DNA of 64,000 nucleotides, taken from contig JAQGDQ010000083.1 of assembly GCA_030141605.1 (NCBI GenBank), forward strand, positions 124,001-188,000, written 5' to 3'. This DNA is from Tubiluchus corallicola (Eukaryota; Animalia; Priapulida). The notes under the pieces are model-generated. The model searched no databases. It was given only the letters and a program-made list of their open reading frames with translations, and was not told the DNA's origin. The position numbers were made by a program, and so were the translations under genes. Every line of letters starts with the position of its first letter. The first letter of the stretch is position 1. Below, piece after piece: positions 63,641-64,000 of this stretch.

Positions 63641-64000
63641 CTGCTCCCCAATCCCCCTTCTCAAGCTGAACAGACTGCATCAGCCATTACAGCATAGCAA
63701 CAAAACACAGCATAGTGCTCACAAACGGAAATGTCGGCACCGGCTTATATTTTACATAAATTGTCGTGAGGTGTTAGGCGGTTATTATGCGGCGAGCAAT
63801 AAAGATGGAAATTTGTGGCCCGGGATAATGGCCTGGATTAAATGATTTAAGTTTGGAAAAGGTTAAACGCTGGCAGCAGTTAAACTGCTACATTTCAGAA
63901 TGTATTAGACTTCGGTTAGTTAAATGATTATTGCTCCGTTGTTGTTGTGGCTTCCTAGATTTAAAGCAGCACTGACTGAACGAAACACATGATTGGGTGC

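Overview
AT-rich, intron-containing animal (probably protostome invertebrate) genomic DNA, dominated by microsatellites, MITEs, SINEs and 3' LINE fragments. Most ORFs in the supplied track are repeat artefacts. Two genes are supported. (1) A complete 4-exon + strand gene (1523-5208, 219 aa, family not recognised). A Cys/His-rich upstream ORF splices into it and overlaps its start in a different frame, and three competing 5' splice donors lie upstream. (2) The first coding exon of a rhodopsin-type neuropeptide GPCR (SIFamide/NPFF-receptor-like, 58400-58670) whose remaining exons were not found in the window. Notable non-coding elements are a full-length 5S rRNA copy fused to an RTE-like body and (CAA)n tail (SINE3-like), a Penelope-type minimal hammerhead ribozyme, Meta-domain tRNA SINEs with nested insertions, hAT MITEs with 8-bp TSDs, TTAA-flanked (Kolobok-like) MITEs, and several young tandem arrays. 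All calls come from manual reading. No database searches were run.
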